Source of the DNA: Minutocellus sp. GHC0000111
Lineage: Eukaryota
NCBI GenBank assembly: GCA_977018835.1
Contig: OZ361256.1
Coordinates: 5,394,001-5,458,000, forward strand
DNA length: 64,000 nucleotides
Reading direction: 5' to 3'
In this document: piece after piece, positions 25,001 to 35,870 of the stretch
Layout: each line of letters opens with the position of its first letter
Position numbering within the stretch: the stretch's first letter is position 1
Position numbers and translations under genes: made by a program
Notes under the pieces: generated by a model
What the model was told of the DNA's origin: nothing
What the model saw: only the letters and a program-made list of their open reading frames with translations
Database searches by the model: none

Positions 25001-27239
25001 GATATCTCCTTTAGCAGTAAAGATGACGCCACAATCTCATATGCCACCATTCGCAGGACGAAATGTTGGTCGCCTACCTTGGACTTGTTGTAGGAAAAGT
25101 CCAGAGCATGCTGAAGCGTCCCTTTATCGGAAGGTGAACCTTTCTCAACCGAGGGAGCTTGTAGACTTCTGACAACACAAGGGAACAGGCTTCGCGCGGT
25201 TACCATGTCGTCGATGGTCAAACTTGCCATGGTGAGTTTAGATTGAAAGGAACCATTTGCCATCGCCTCAAATCCCATGGAAACTGTGCCCATCTGCAGC
25301 GATGTCAAAGCCTGCAATCCATATGACACCAAATTTATGCGGAAGGAACCAAGGGTGAAATTTATGTTGCACAAAATCGAGTCAGCCGAGAGCGCCGAAG
25401 CTTCTTCTGAAGTATTGAGCCCAATCGCCTCTAATTCTTGCATTTCCTCTGCCGATAGCTCGATTGGGGGAGCGTCGTCTTCATCATCATGGTCCTGCCC
25501 TATAGCAGCGTCACTTCTACCCTCCCTCTCGACCGCTCGCCCGAAAACAGATGCCCATGGATTGCTTCGCTGCCCCGAAGAATGAACTCCCTCCTGCCGA
25601 TTTTTCCCTAATGCCTTTCCAACAGTACTTTCCTCGTGTTTTTGTCGCTCCCTCTCTACTTGCGCGTCGGCCGTGTTCCTCCAACACATAATGCCTACGC
25701 TAGATATAGATTGATCCTGTTCAATATGATCCATTTCCGCTGTTTCGGCTATCGTCAATTTTCCCAACCACGGACAAGATGCGTGATGAGCAAATCGTTT
25801 GTAGAGAGCGATATACTTCTTGCGTTTTTGAAATGCAATGTAAAATTCAGCCCAACAGCGACGGCGATTAAGCCGTCCGATGCAACGGAACGCGTACCGC
25901 CACCACTCTTTTGCTGTATCCTTGCTAATTGGAAGACAAGGGCGATACTCTGGAAACAATGGACGAAGCACATCCTTCTTGGCCGCAATTGATTCCGTAA
26001 TACGTCGAGTAAGATCGAGCTGGCTTCTACTCAGCACCACAGAGAGTGTCTTCAGCTCTGATACCACCAAATACTTTGGGAAGTCCACACATCTAAGCAT
26101 GTCAGACCTCCGCAACCGACAAACGAATGACAGCGGTGACAAAATATAGGAGTGATCGCTTGAAGGTGCGTTCAAGCGCTGCTGCATCCTTTCAAGAGGA
26201 GAAACCTCATCCTCATCACAATACACACCAAGCCCCTGAATCTGCAATTCCTTATACAGGAAAGAATCCGAAACTGTTCGTCCCTTCATATCATTTGGAT
26301 TGTCCAATCCCCTATCGACAAAGGTACGCTTGCCATTCGCATCCGTCGTGAATAAAGACAACGAGCCCAATACTACTCCAGCCGAACAACCACACCCCCG
26401 GAGAGTCACGTTGACAGACTCAAAGTCTAGTTGCAAATTCTCTGCTATTCGACGAACGAGGCGCCCGGCAAACGTTGAGCCCTCAATTTCATTACCGCCA
26501 CCACCTGCTGCAGAAGAAGCACCGGCACGGGACGGAGAACCGTCATCATCATTGTCCAACGCCGCCAGCTTCCGAACAGCGTTGGCACGCTTCCTCGATT
26601 CATTTGCAAACTTCAAATTTTGCGCTCGTGTTTCTTTTGCGCGTTTCATTAACTTTTCTCGGGCCTTTGGTGTGAGAGTACCCGTCCCATCGGTGTCGGT
26701 ACCACCCTCGTCGTCGGGTTGCTTCCCCGACAGATGACTGTGCGGCTCAACTACTACCTTCAACCCGGCCGCTTTCACAACTACCGGCCGACTTGTTATT
26801 CTCGCCCATGGTACTTCCACCCGCAGTGTATCGAATCGACCCTCCACGACCCGCAGAGGAATGGCCAAGTTGGGCGCCTCCCTCGCCTGTCGCGCTAGCT
26901 CGTTGTTGACAGCATCAACGTCAAGAGAGAGGTTCGACAATTCAATTTTGCCAGACCAAACCGCAACATTAAGTTTCTCCTCGTCCAAATCACGAACATA
27001 TCTAATATAAAATGACAGAGAAGAGGAAAGCGGTGAGATAGATAAGAGAGACGAGCGGAAAGAATATCAAGGGGTTACACGCCTGAATATTATTTGTTCG
27101 TTTTGGTCACGTGCCGTCGAGTCATGGCATGCACGCGGCCACGGCAAAGAGTGATCAGATACAATTGTACCGCGATGAAAATGGGAACTCACCGCCCTAT
27201 TGTCGAAGACAACACATCTAACAGAGCGCGCTTTGCCAT
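16093..27239 (-). CDS. VPS13: VPS13-family lipid transfer protein, 5 exons (27239-27193, 27001-21381, 21229-20402, 20263-18435, 18300-16093)
   Basis: Chorein-N start MAKRALLDVLSSTIGR|YVRDLDEEKLNVAVWSGKIELSNL, EYRP..AKEWWRYA, IDVDIHAPILVVPE and a Gly-rich ATG_C-like C-terminus. All four GT-AG introns were checked by hand and preserve frame. Confidence 0.92.
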
Positions 27240-27399
27240 TGTCCGAGCGTTACTAGCCAGACCCGTATCTTCATCTGCTGCATGGCTGCCTTTGTGAGAT
27301 TCTTTGTTCAGCCGAGGCTCTCCGCCGGACTTTGGCGGCGTGTGACGGACAGACCAGCAAAGAAAATGCAAAATGCTAAAGTTGAATCCAGGTTGAAGC

Positions 27400-27675
27400 C
27401 ACTTTTGGGATTCACCAACAATGCCAATTTTGGGATTCATTAATCTCAAATTTGGGATTCACCAATGCCAATTTTGGGATTCATCAATCTCAAATTTTAG
27501 GATTCACCAATGCCACTTTTGGGATTCACCAATGCCACTTTTTTGGGATTCACCAATGCCACTTTTGGGATTCACCAATGCCAATTTTAGGATTCATCAA
27601 TTCCAATTTTAGGATTCACGAATGCCAATTTTAAGATTCACCAATGCCAATTTTTTTTAGATTTGTCAATGCCAA
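27400..27675. repeat. Minisatellite, ~12 copies of a ~22-bp unit CA(A/C)TTTT(G/A)GGATTCACCAATGC
   Basis: Directly visible head-to-tail units with variable T-run length and no unique spacers; degenerates at the right end. Confidence 0.95.
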
Positions 27676-27822
27676 CATAACGATAGAGGGTTTTAACTTG
27701 CTTCTTGGGGGGTTGGCCAGAGCTGATGTCCACCCGCTCGGTGCCCTCTTGCCGCTGGAACCCAAAATAGTTGGTTCCGTCGTACTCGAGGACGAGGAGA
27801 AGGTCTTGAGCGTGCTGCTCAT
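27676..27822 (-). pseudogene. Possible 5' stub of a gene truncated by the minisatellite
   Basis: caaccATG start at 27822, MSSTLKTFSSSSSTTEPTILGSSGKRAPSGWTSALANPPRSKLKP, then reads into the repeat. Divergent from NELF-A copy 1. Confidence 0.35.
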
Positions 27823-27938
27823 GGTTGCATTGGATGATTGATAATGATGCATAGTGTGCATGTTGAGATGCGATGGCAGCATGGAGCGGCCAACCGTAGC
27901 ACGTACGCGTACGCGTACGGTAAAAGAACCCGGAACTT

Positions 27939-30077
27939 TTGCGCCCGCCATATCATCTGCTCAAAAAGCAACCACGGCCACGCACCAACCGAACCGGCAA
28001 CGGCACCGCCGATGCCAGCGCTACACCGGCATCGTCCGGAGGGAAATCCGGGGTCGACCTCGATCCGTTCCTGTCCCTGGTGGAATCCCGCCTCCGAAAT
28101 CCGTACAGCAGCCTTGAGCTCAGTCGGCTCCTCACATCGTCCAAAACAACGTCGGCACATCAGCATCATGTGTCGTCGTCTTCGGCCGGCGGTGCACACG
28201 CGGATACCGGTGCCGATGCCATATCCAAGGAGGCCGATACTGTAATACTTTTGCGCAAGGTCTTTGATCGCATGGCCAAGCCCGTCAAGCTCCGATCAAT
28301 CGTTGGTCTGATGGGGTTGGAGGGTTCGGCCGGTGGCGGTGCAGGCAGTGCCGTCGGCGGTATTACGAGTAGTAGTGCCAGCAACGAGAAGCTCAACAAA
28401 ACCATATGGGACATCCTCTCCAGAGCCTCGGCCGAAGATACCGGCGGTGATGGTGTAGTAATGGAAGATGCGGCAGTATCTGGTGCAACCAACGACGTTA
28501 CAGGCCAACCCGATGTGGAAGACGAGTGGGTCCGAGTGTTGGCGTCGCTGGTTCAGAGCGTCATGTTTTACAAAGATGAGCCTCAGGAAGAAAAGGAAAG
28601 ATGTACCAAACACTTGAAAGACGTCGCTGAGGGCATCATTCGCAAGGTATGTGAAAGGGTGGAAGCTTCGATAGAAGCAGAAGCCTCCTCGGAGGGTGGT
28701 GAGACCAGTACCAGTACGCCAGCGTCAGGATCAACAAGCACGAGGGCCAATCTCGATCCGATGCACTTTGTTCCACAATCTCTTGCATTGTTGTCGCCAT
28801 CGGACGTGAAAGTATGCATACCGGAGAGCGCATCCAATACTGATTTCACTGTCAACATCGATGCACCCATCCTCAAGGTGGATGCCGATGTGGAACAGAG
28901 CCGCGCCGACGAGGAGACCAAGGAATTGGAGAATCGAGAGCGGACCCATCGCATGGCACAGCAGCAGCAAAAGTTGCAGGGGATCGGCACTGGCGGTGCT
29001 AGTGCGGGCGGTAGAGGGAGGGGCGTTGGTGGTAGGGCCGGAGCCGCAGGGCGAGGTATTCCCAGTCGATCGGCGTTGGGTGCCGGCCGTGGTGGAAGAG
29101 GATTGGGACGGCAGAGCGCCGCTGGTCCGGATACTGCATCGCTCTTCATCCGTTCCAAGAAGCCGACGGCATCCACCGCCACGTTGGGCAGAGGAACAGC
29201 CCGAGCATTGCTCGGCCGTGGACGTGGTGCGACAGGTCCAGGTGGTGGTCGGGGTGCTGCTGGTGCTGGGAGGGGCAGAGGTATGGGCCGCGGATCGGCA
29301 GCCGCTGCGGGGGGCAAATCGCTTGGCGTTCCGACGAAGAAGCCGATTGCGATGGGCAATACCAGCAAACGTCTCGGTGGTAAGGCTGCTGCTGCTGCAA
29401 TGTCGGGGTCGGGGGGTGCAACAGCGCCAGGAGTTGGTGCAGTAGGAGGTGCCGCGGCCTCATCCACACTGAAAGGCCGAGCTGGACGGGCCATGAAGGC
29501 ATCAGCTAGCGGTGTGGGAGGTCGATCAAAGATGATGATGATTGATTCGGCCGAGGTGGAGAAGCTCAATAAGGAAAAACAGGCAGCTGCTGCTGAGGAG
29601 ACCGCCCAAACCTCAGGCAAATCCCGAAAGAGAAAGATTATGGAGGCCGCTGCAGCCGAGGAGGCTGCCAAGAGAAGCAAGTCAATCACCGGGACCGCCG
29701 TCCCATCTGCGCCAGCAGAACCGTCACCGGAACAAGCTTCAGTTGCCGTGGAACCGCCGGCCGCCGCTGCCGCTCCCGTTACGAATGTTCCACCCGTCGC
29801 AACGAAGGCCGCTGCTTCTGTGCCAGGATCTGCTGCGGTTCCCGATGGGCTCTTGGCTAAATCCAATAAGCTCAGCACTGCAGATCGGTCTCGCGTAGAG
29901 CGCTTTTTTTCGGACCGATTCAACCCAACGCCGGATCAAACGACGTACAAGATGAAGCTCAACGAGGAGAGAAGTACCGATGCGGAGACGGGCCAATCGA
30001 TCAAGGAAACACTTTATTTGGAGTTGGACTATATGACTTTCGGCTACAAGAAGACTAGAAAGATTAAGAAAAAGTAG
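27939..30077 (+). CDS. NELFA: Negative elongation factor A (NELF-A)-like protein, copy 1; no in-frame ATG before 28272
   Basis: N-terminal block LRKVFDRMAKPVKLRSIVGLMGL...IWDILSRA...DEWVRVLASLV and C-terminal block SNKLSTADRSRVERFFSDRFNP...KMKLNEE...ETLYLELDYMTFGYKKTRK match the recalled human NELF-A terminal domains. Confidence 0.75.
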   Translation: MRPPYHLLKKQPRPRTNRTGNGTADASATPASSGGKSGVDLDPFLSLVESRLRNPYSSLELSRLLTSSKTTSAHQHHVSSSSAGGAHADTGADAISKEADTVILLRKVFDRMAKPVKLRSIVGLMGLEGSAGGGAGSAVGGITSSSASNEKLNKTIWDILSRASAEDTGGDGVVMEDAAVSGATNDVTGQPDVEDEWVRVLASLVQSVMFYKDEPQEEKERCTKHLKDVAEGIIRKVCERVEASIEAEASSEGGETSTSTPASGSTSTRANLDPMHFVPQSLALLSPSDVKVCIPESASNTDFTVNIDAPILKVDADVEQSRADEETKELENRERTHRMAQQQQKLQGIGTGGASAGGRGRGVGGRAGAAGRGIPSRSALGAGRGGRGLGRQSAAGPDTASLFIRSKKPTASTATLGRGTARALLGRGRGATGPGGGRGAAGAGRGRGMGRGSAAAAGGKSLGVPTKKPIAMGNTSKRLGGKAAAAAMSGSGGATAPGVGAVGGAAASSTLKGRAGRAMKASASGVGGRSKMMMIDSAEVEKLNKEKQAAAAEETAQTSGKSRKRKIMEAAAAEEAAKRSKSITGTAVPSAPAEPSPEQASVAVEPPAAAAAPVTNVPPVATKAAASVPGSAAVPDGLLAKSNKLSTADRSRVERFFSDRFNPTPDQTTYKMKLNEERSTDAETGQSIKETLYLELDYMTFGYKKTRKIKKK

Positions 30078-32273
30078 TAGATGGATGTAGATGGATGTGC
30101 AAAGTTGGAACTACTACTATGTTTATTTTTTCTTCTATTGCCGTTTTGAATCAGCACCCATGGTACTGCCGTGGCATATAAAGTTGCACATACTAGTAAA
30201 GTCGATCTCTCAGTGCTGTGCCTTTGCTTTGATACAAATATGTAGCAAGGGCCCCATGATGATGCTGAGAGGGAGAAATCAATGATGCACTTGCTTGTTG
30301 TAGTTCCCGAATATGTGAGATGACGACGATGATGATAAATTGCAAATGATGACCATTGCAAGGGATGATAACAGGTAGGCGGCGGGTAAATGCAGCCAAA
30401 TGAAGGGACGACGTATTCCGGGCCAAGGTGGTACGAATAACGCGTGGAATTAGACGTCGGGAGCAGCGACAGCAGACGCAGCCGCTAGAGATGCCTCTGC
30501 CTTGGCAAGGCGCTCGGTGAGCTCGGCGATCTCGATGGTCTGCTGCTCCTTGGTCCTCCTATCCTTCAGGACGTCGAGGACCCAACGGTACTTGTCCATC
30601 CCAGGGATCGTTTTGAAAGGGTCGGGGACACTCTCGAGCGCTTCGTGCTCCAAGATCTGGAGAGGCGTGATGCGATCGGCAGGGTCAAATGCCAGGAGAC
30701 AAGTGATGATGTCGATGGTGGCAGAGGAAAACTGCTTCTCCTCGAGCTCGGCCCTGACTCTCTCGGGGTTGAATCCATCCCCCAGATACAACCTGAGGAT
30801 TTTCTCTCGAGGAAGTGACACGTAGAGGACCGTCCCTCCGAGAGACCACCAATCTGCACGACACGGGTTGTATCGTCCTCCTGCAGACACCTCCGGGGCC
30901 ATAGTGAGTGGCGTGCCGCAATAGGTATCGGCCATTTTCTTGTTTGTGGCAAAACCCATGTCAAATACGAGAATACGTGTGGAGCCATCGGCGAATAGCA
31001 TCTTCCCCACATTCCCTGGCTTGAGGTCACGATGGGCGAACTGCGTGGCTTCCATGTACGCCATGCTGGAGGCGAGGTGAGAAAGGACGAGCTTGACCTC
31101 TTCTTCAGGGAGATCATTCGTCTCATCGATATCGCCACAGTTAACGAACTCCATTGTCATGTACGACATGTACGGGTTCACGTTGGTAGCTAAGGTGTTG
31201 GGCATTAGAGGGAAGCATGATAGGGTCTTGGCGTTCCGAATCTCTTTCATGATGAAGGAAGGCGGCACAGTGACATCGAAAATCTTGATCACCACGCTCT
31301 CTTCCTCACCAGCATCGTCCTTACGGGTGGCAAGAAGGACGGCGCCGAAATTTCCCTTGCCGGGGAATCCTTGGATCTTGTGGGTGTTCTTGACACTGGC
31401 GGTGGTTTTGGCACCGGAATGTGCTATAGCGTACTGATCAACCATGTTCTGGGCGACTTGACGAACGGGAGATGCCAGGTCCTCGAACGCTTCTTTGCCG
31501 GCGGCTTCGAAGACCCCCCCAACTCCGAGATAGTACTTCGATACTATGAAGCTGCTTGGATCGGGCAAGGTGGATGGCGAGCCGGTGGTGTCGTTTTCGC
31601 GGACAGCGGTGACGAGACGCGTAGTGCGGCGCTTGCCTGTTACACCCATGGCGTTTGCGATGCCGGCGAGATTGGTGTAGCCCTACGCCTTTAGAGTCTT
31701 CTCGAAGTTGACGAACAGAGTATCGAATGTATTCGGTAGGATGCCATGGGAGGGGGGGGGCCGCTCGCGAATGCTCTCCCGATTGCAATGCACTACGGCC
31801 AACTGAGCCAAAAGATTGTACTTAACGTCATCGTGACTCATGACGAAGTAATCATAGGGGGCGGGCTCGTTCGTTCCGTCCTTCTTCCGGACCTCCCGTT
31901 GTAGGTCAAGGACTTGCTGGAGAAGCTCGTGGGGTACACTGGCTGGCTCCTCGCCAGCGAGGCCGGTCGTGTTGTCGAGAAGGCCGGCGCCGGGAATTGT
32001 TATGGGAGATTCGTTGCTATTGGCATCTCCGGCTCTGATTTCCGATGGGCACGGCACCCAAATGATGGCACCTAGGAAGCTGACCAACGTATTGAGCTCT
32101 GTCAATTCGGCATCTTCGACGGTAGCCTTCTCCTCGTCGGGAGCTGAGTCGGCATCCCGTAGGAGGAGGAGGATGTTGGGGTTGGGGTTGTTATCCTTGT
32201 CGGTCATGGTCGTCAAAGTTGCTATGCCGAGAGGTGCTTTGGCCGTCGTAATGTGCTCGGTTTTGGTCGGAAC
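27958..32273 (+). repeat. Left arm of ~4.3-kb inverted segmental duplication (partner 59599-63908)
   Basis: All ORFs recur in reverse orientation with few substitutions. Boundaries located by eye at tgctcaaaaagc (27958/63908) and ttttggtcggaac (32273/59599). Confidence 0.97.
30450..32207 (-). CDS. Orphan Ser/Thr protein kinase, copy 1; single in-frame TAG at 31683-31685 separates the N-terminal domain from the kinase ORF
   Basis: GKGNFG, VIK, HRDLKPGN, DMG, GTPLTMAPE, ADWWSLG and a C-terminal coiled coil. ORFs 31683-32216 and 30450-31649 are in the same frame (FEKTLKA*GYTNLAGIANAMGV). Confidence 0.88.
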
Positions 32274-32708
32274 GGTGCGGTTGTATTATCGCAATAAATT
32301 CTTGCGGCAGAGACGACTCTACTACCGGTGCGTGGGCGGGGAGGAACAGCAAAGGATGCAGCAAACGATATGGCCGATGGGGAGGGAGTTCACCAGCAGC
32401 TTGGCTTTGTTGCCTGCCTTCGGCTCGGCTTTGCCAAAAATAATGCTCGCACGAACCTCTTCAGTACAAACTGTGGAATTCTACTCGCACTACCAACGGA
32501 TCGATTTCGGATGGGCGCCATGCGCCAGCATAGCATGCCGCCATAACGAGAAGCCACGCCGCCATCATGCCGCCATCATGCCACCGATGCCACCAGCCGA
32601 CATTCTCTCTTGCTGCTGCGCTGCTCTTGCTTATCTTTCATCGCGGTACTAGTCTAGTAGGAAGTAGGAAGTGTTTCCGCTACGTGTACCAGCATCTGAT
32701 CAGCCAGG

Positions 32709-34277
32709 ATGCAACCAAGCGGCTTATCTTATGCTACTAACCAAGGGATGTTCAACAACGATGTAGTCACCCTCAGCGATGCCGATGCCAAGAAGCAACG
32801 CCTGCAACAACTGCAGATGGAATTGTACGAGAAGCAGGAGGCGGCCGACTTGCTGACCATTCAATGGGGCCTGTGGGGAGTGGCCAAGGGCATGTCTTCT
32901 GATGATCTGCACACTTCCCTCCTCAGTCTGCAGGAGGCCGAGAAATGGATTGAAAAGAAGGCTGGGGCTACATCATGTAGAAAATTGTCATACATGTAGT
33001 GGGGAGACTGGCGCTACATACATGTAGTGGGGATGCTGCCGCGCTCCCCTACTCGTACTCACCTCGACTCCGTGGGATATCCCTGAGAGTGATAAATCCC
33101 GGCGTGGACGCACAAAAACTGGCGGTACTCTAGTACTGTCCGCCAAGGCCGACCTCGGCCGTAAGCGCGAAGAGCTGGAATTCCTGGCAGAGGACATTCG
33201 AGTGGAGAGATTCGTCACAAAGCGATCAGAGGAGATTCGTCTGGATAACAATGTCGAGGATTGTCCAATATGTTTGGACACCATCTACCCCGGTAATCCT
33301 AGGGGCACAGCCGTCATTCAAATTTTCGGCACCTCTCACTATCCGTGTTGTGGGAAGCGACTCTGTTTGACATGCTACCGGGACCATGGATATTCGCAGC
33401 TAGGAGAAAGGAATGAAGCACAGGTGTCCTCTATGTCGATCATCGTTACGGGACATGACCGCGGAAAAGGCAACGGAGCAGCTGGAATGTCGCGCCGAGA
33501 AGGGCAGCGCCGAAGCAAAATACGTGCTTTTGGTAATGCACCTTCATGGGAACAGAAACAACATCAGCAGGAAGAATAAGAAGAAAGCAATGGCTTTGCT
33601 ACGAAGTGCCGCCGCGGGCGGCCATGCCGAAGCTATGGCCAAGCTTGGCTTGTTTTACGAGAATGGTGATGGTGTCCCCAAGTCGAGCGACAAAGCCATC
33701 GAATGGTTCGAACTAGCGGCCTCAAAGGGACATATCGAGGCCCACTTCAGATTGGCCAACATGCGCGCACAGCAAGGGGAACGTGCAAGAGACGAAGTCC
33801 TCGACCTACGTAGCATTTGATTGCTAAAGACTACATGGGGGGTGCCGAAGAAATGTACCGCTTCGGTCTTCCACTTTCATCAGCGCGTCAAATTTTGGCT
33901 CAAAAAAGGCTATCAATGAGGATGATGAGACTGTAATGGAGCTTTGCCCAAATGTGTACTCCGAATTCGCTCTTGTCCTGACGACTCTTCTGCAACAGAA
34001 TCTGGACGGGCACGTTGACTTTGTTGGGGAGAGTGGAGCTCCAGAGATACTATACTGGTTTCGGAAGGCCGCAGATACTGTTCATATCACTAGTCAGGAT
34101 CAACTGCTACTGCAGGACCTCAATTTTCTCGGGAAAAAAAAGTGCGCCCTTTGTAGGAAGCAGAGCAACAATCTCAAGACTTGCAAGCGATGTGGTTGGG
34201 CAAGCTATTGTGGCCGAGAGTGTCAGTTGGATCATTGGGATAAAGGCCACACGGCTGATTGTAAAAAGAAGTACTAG
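32709..34277 (+). pseudogene. RING + Sel1-repeat + zf-MYND protein, frameshifted
   Basis: CPICLD...PCCGKRLCLTC / RCPLCR (RING split by a frameshift at ~33410); Sel1 repeats GHAEAMAKLGLFYENGDGVPKSSDKAIEWFELAA; MYND CALC...CKRCGWASYCGRECQLDHWDKGHTADC. Further breaks at ~32970-33030 and ~33780-33900. Confidence 0.85.
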
Positions 34278-34357
34278 CTATCTAGCCCAGGGGATGTTGC
34301 AATGTCCCTGACGAGCCAGGCCAACGGTAAAGGACACGCTCTATCTGGAGTCGGATT

Positions 34358-34550
34358 GTACAACGTTTGGCTACAGACGCATTGTAGCTACGCAGTTTAG
34401 CTAGTGCAAAAAGTCAAGAAGAAGTAAAATAGTCGATAGATATCACTAGAGAATTAAACTCGGGTATATTGCACACCCAAAAATGTTTCATCAACGAAAC
34501 GAATTCATCCTGATAGCTTGGTACTCAAAGAAGGGACAACAACCGCTATC
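34358..34550 (-). pseudogene. Diverged remnant of the OSCA gene 3' end/3' UTR (inverted homologue of ~58228-58473)
   Basis: The reverse complement reads ...gagtaccaagctatcaggatgaattcgtttcgttgatga..catttttgggtgtg...tttacttcttcttgactt...tgtagccaaacg, matching 58248-58468. Both encode FEYQAIRMNSFR*. Confidence 0.9.
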
Positions 34551-34552
34551 CT

Positions 34553-35870
34553 GAGGGTAGCAGCGATGAAGGACGCAAAGCCACGAGTTAGAGGCGCCAC
34601 CAAGCTCTTCAATGACGGCACAGATGATATCGAAGGACTTGAGGATGCTGCACCGTGCGTACGAGTCGGTTGGTAGCTCGCCGGTAGCGTAGAAACTACC
34701 ACCACCGTCACGGCTGAAAAAGTTGGCCAGGTGCCAAATGACGGTATTTCGACAATCTGACGACTCCCACCGCCACCGGCGACGCCCGCAGCGCCTTGGC
34801 ATCGCCTTGTACATGCTCGAGGATGAATAGGATCGTAGGCAGATCCGTCAGATCGTCGCTCGTCGGTAGCGCCGGCGCCCTCCACCTCCAAAACCCCTCC
34901 GAGCGGCACCGCGTCGAAATCGTCACCCCGCCACCGTTGCTCACCGACGGAGCCCCGGAACCGCTCCGATGGCCCACCCAGCGCTCGGATCATCGCCTGG
35001 TACTACCTCGGTGGTGTGGCAATCATCGTTGCGTCCTCAAGGCCGATCGGTGACACGTCAATCCCACCAGCAACTCACACAGAGGACGGGCCAACTTTTT
35101 CGGCAAGGACGAAGGGAGGGTTGCTGGGACTCGGACAAGACCACCACGCACAGCCATTGCCAAGATCAACCCAATCAAGCGTCGACGTGATCCCTGGACG
35201 GTGCATCGAAGTGCCTCCGCCGATGTCATCGCCGATCCTCGACGGGCGCAGGCGCAATTCACCCTCGGAGCGCCGGTACCGTCCGAACCACCTCACGTCG
35301 ACCTCCTCGAGGGTAGCAGCGATGAAGGACGCAAAGCCACGAGTTAGAGGCGCCACCAAGCTCTTCAATGACGGCACAGATGATATCGAAGGACTTGAGG
35401 ATGCTGCACCGTGCGTACGAGTCGGTTGGTAGCTCGCCGGTAGCGTAGAAACTACCACCACCGTCACGGCTGAAAAAGTTGGCCAGGTGCCAAATGACGG
35501 TATTTCGACAATCTGACGACTCCCACCGCCACCGGCGACGCCCGCAGCGCCTTGGCATCGCCTTGTACATGCTCGAGGATGAATAGGATCGTAGGCAGAT
35601 CCGTCAGATCGTCGCTCGTCGGTAGCGCCGGCGCCCTCCACCTCCAAAACCGCTCCGAGCGGCACCGCGTCGAAATCGTCACCCCGCCACCGTTGCTCAC
35701 CGACGGAGCCCCGGAACCGCTCCGATGGCCCACCCAGCGCTCGGATCATCGCCTGGTACTACCTCGGTGGTGTGGCAATCATCGTTGCGTCCTCAAGGCC
35801 GATCGGTGACACGTCAATCCCACCAGCAACTCACACAGAGGACGGGCCAACTTTTTCGGCAAGGACGAAG
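34553..35870. repeat. Direct duplication of 562 bp (34553-35114 and 35309-35870) with a 194-bp unique spacer
   Basis: Near-identical copies offset by 756 bp; the duplicated ORFs in the track differ by one residue. Confidence 0.95.

Noticed and set aside
27400..27675. CRISPR array
   Set aside because: Units are contiguous with no unique spacers, there are no cas genes, and the context is eukaryotic.
34292..34337. Hammerhead ribozyme-like motif (tgtcc CTGACGA gcc..ggt aaa ggaca)
   Set aside because: It lacks an intact GAAA, stem III and a cleavage triplet; at best a degenerate relic. An Infernal scan would be needed.
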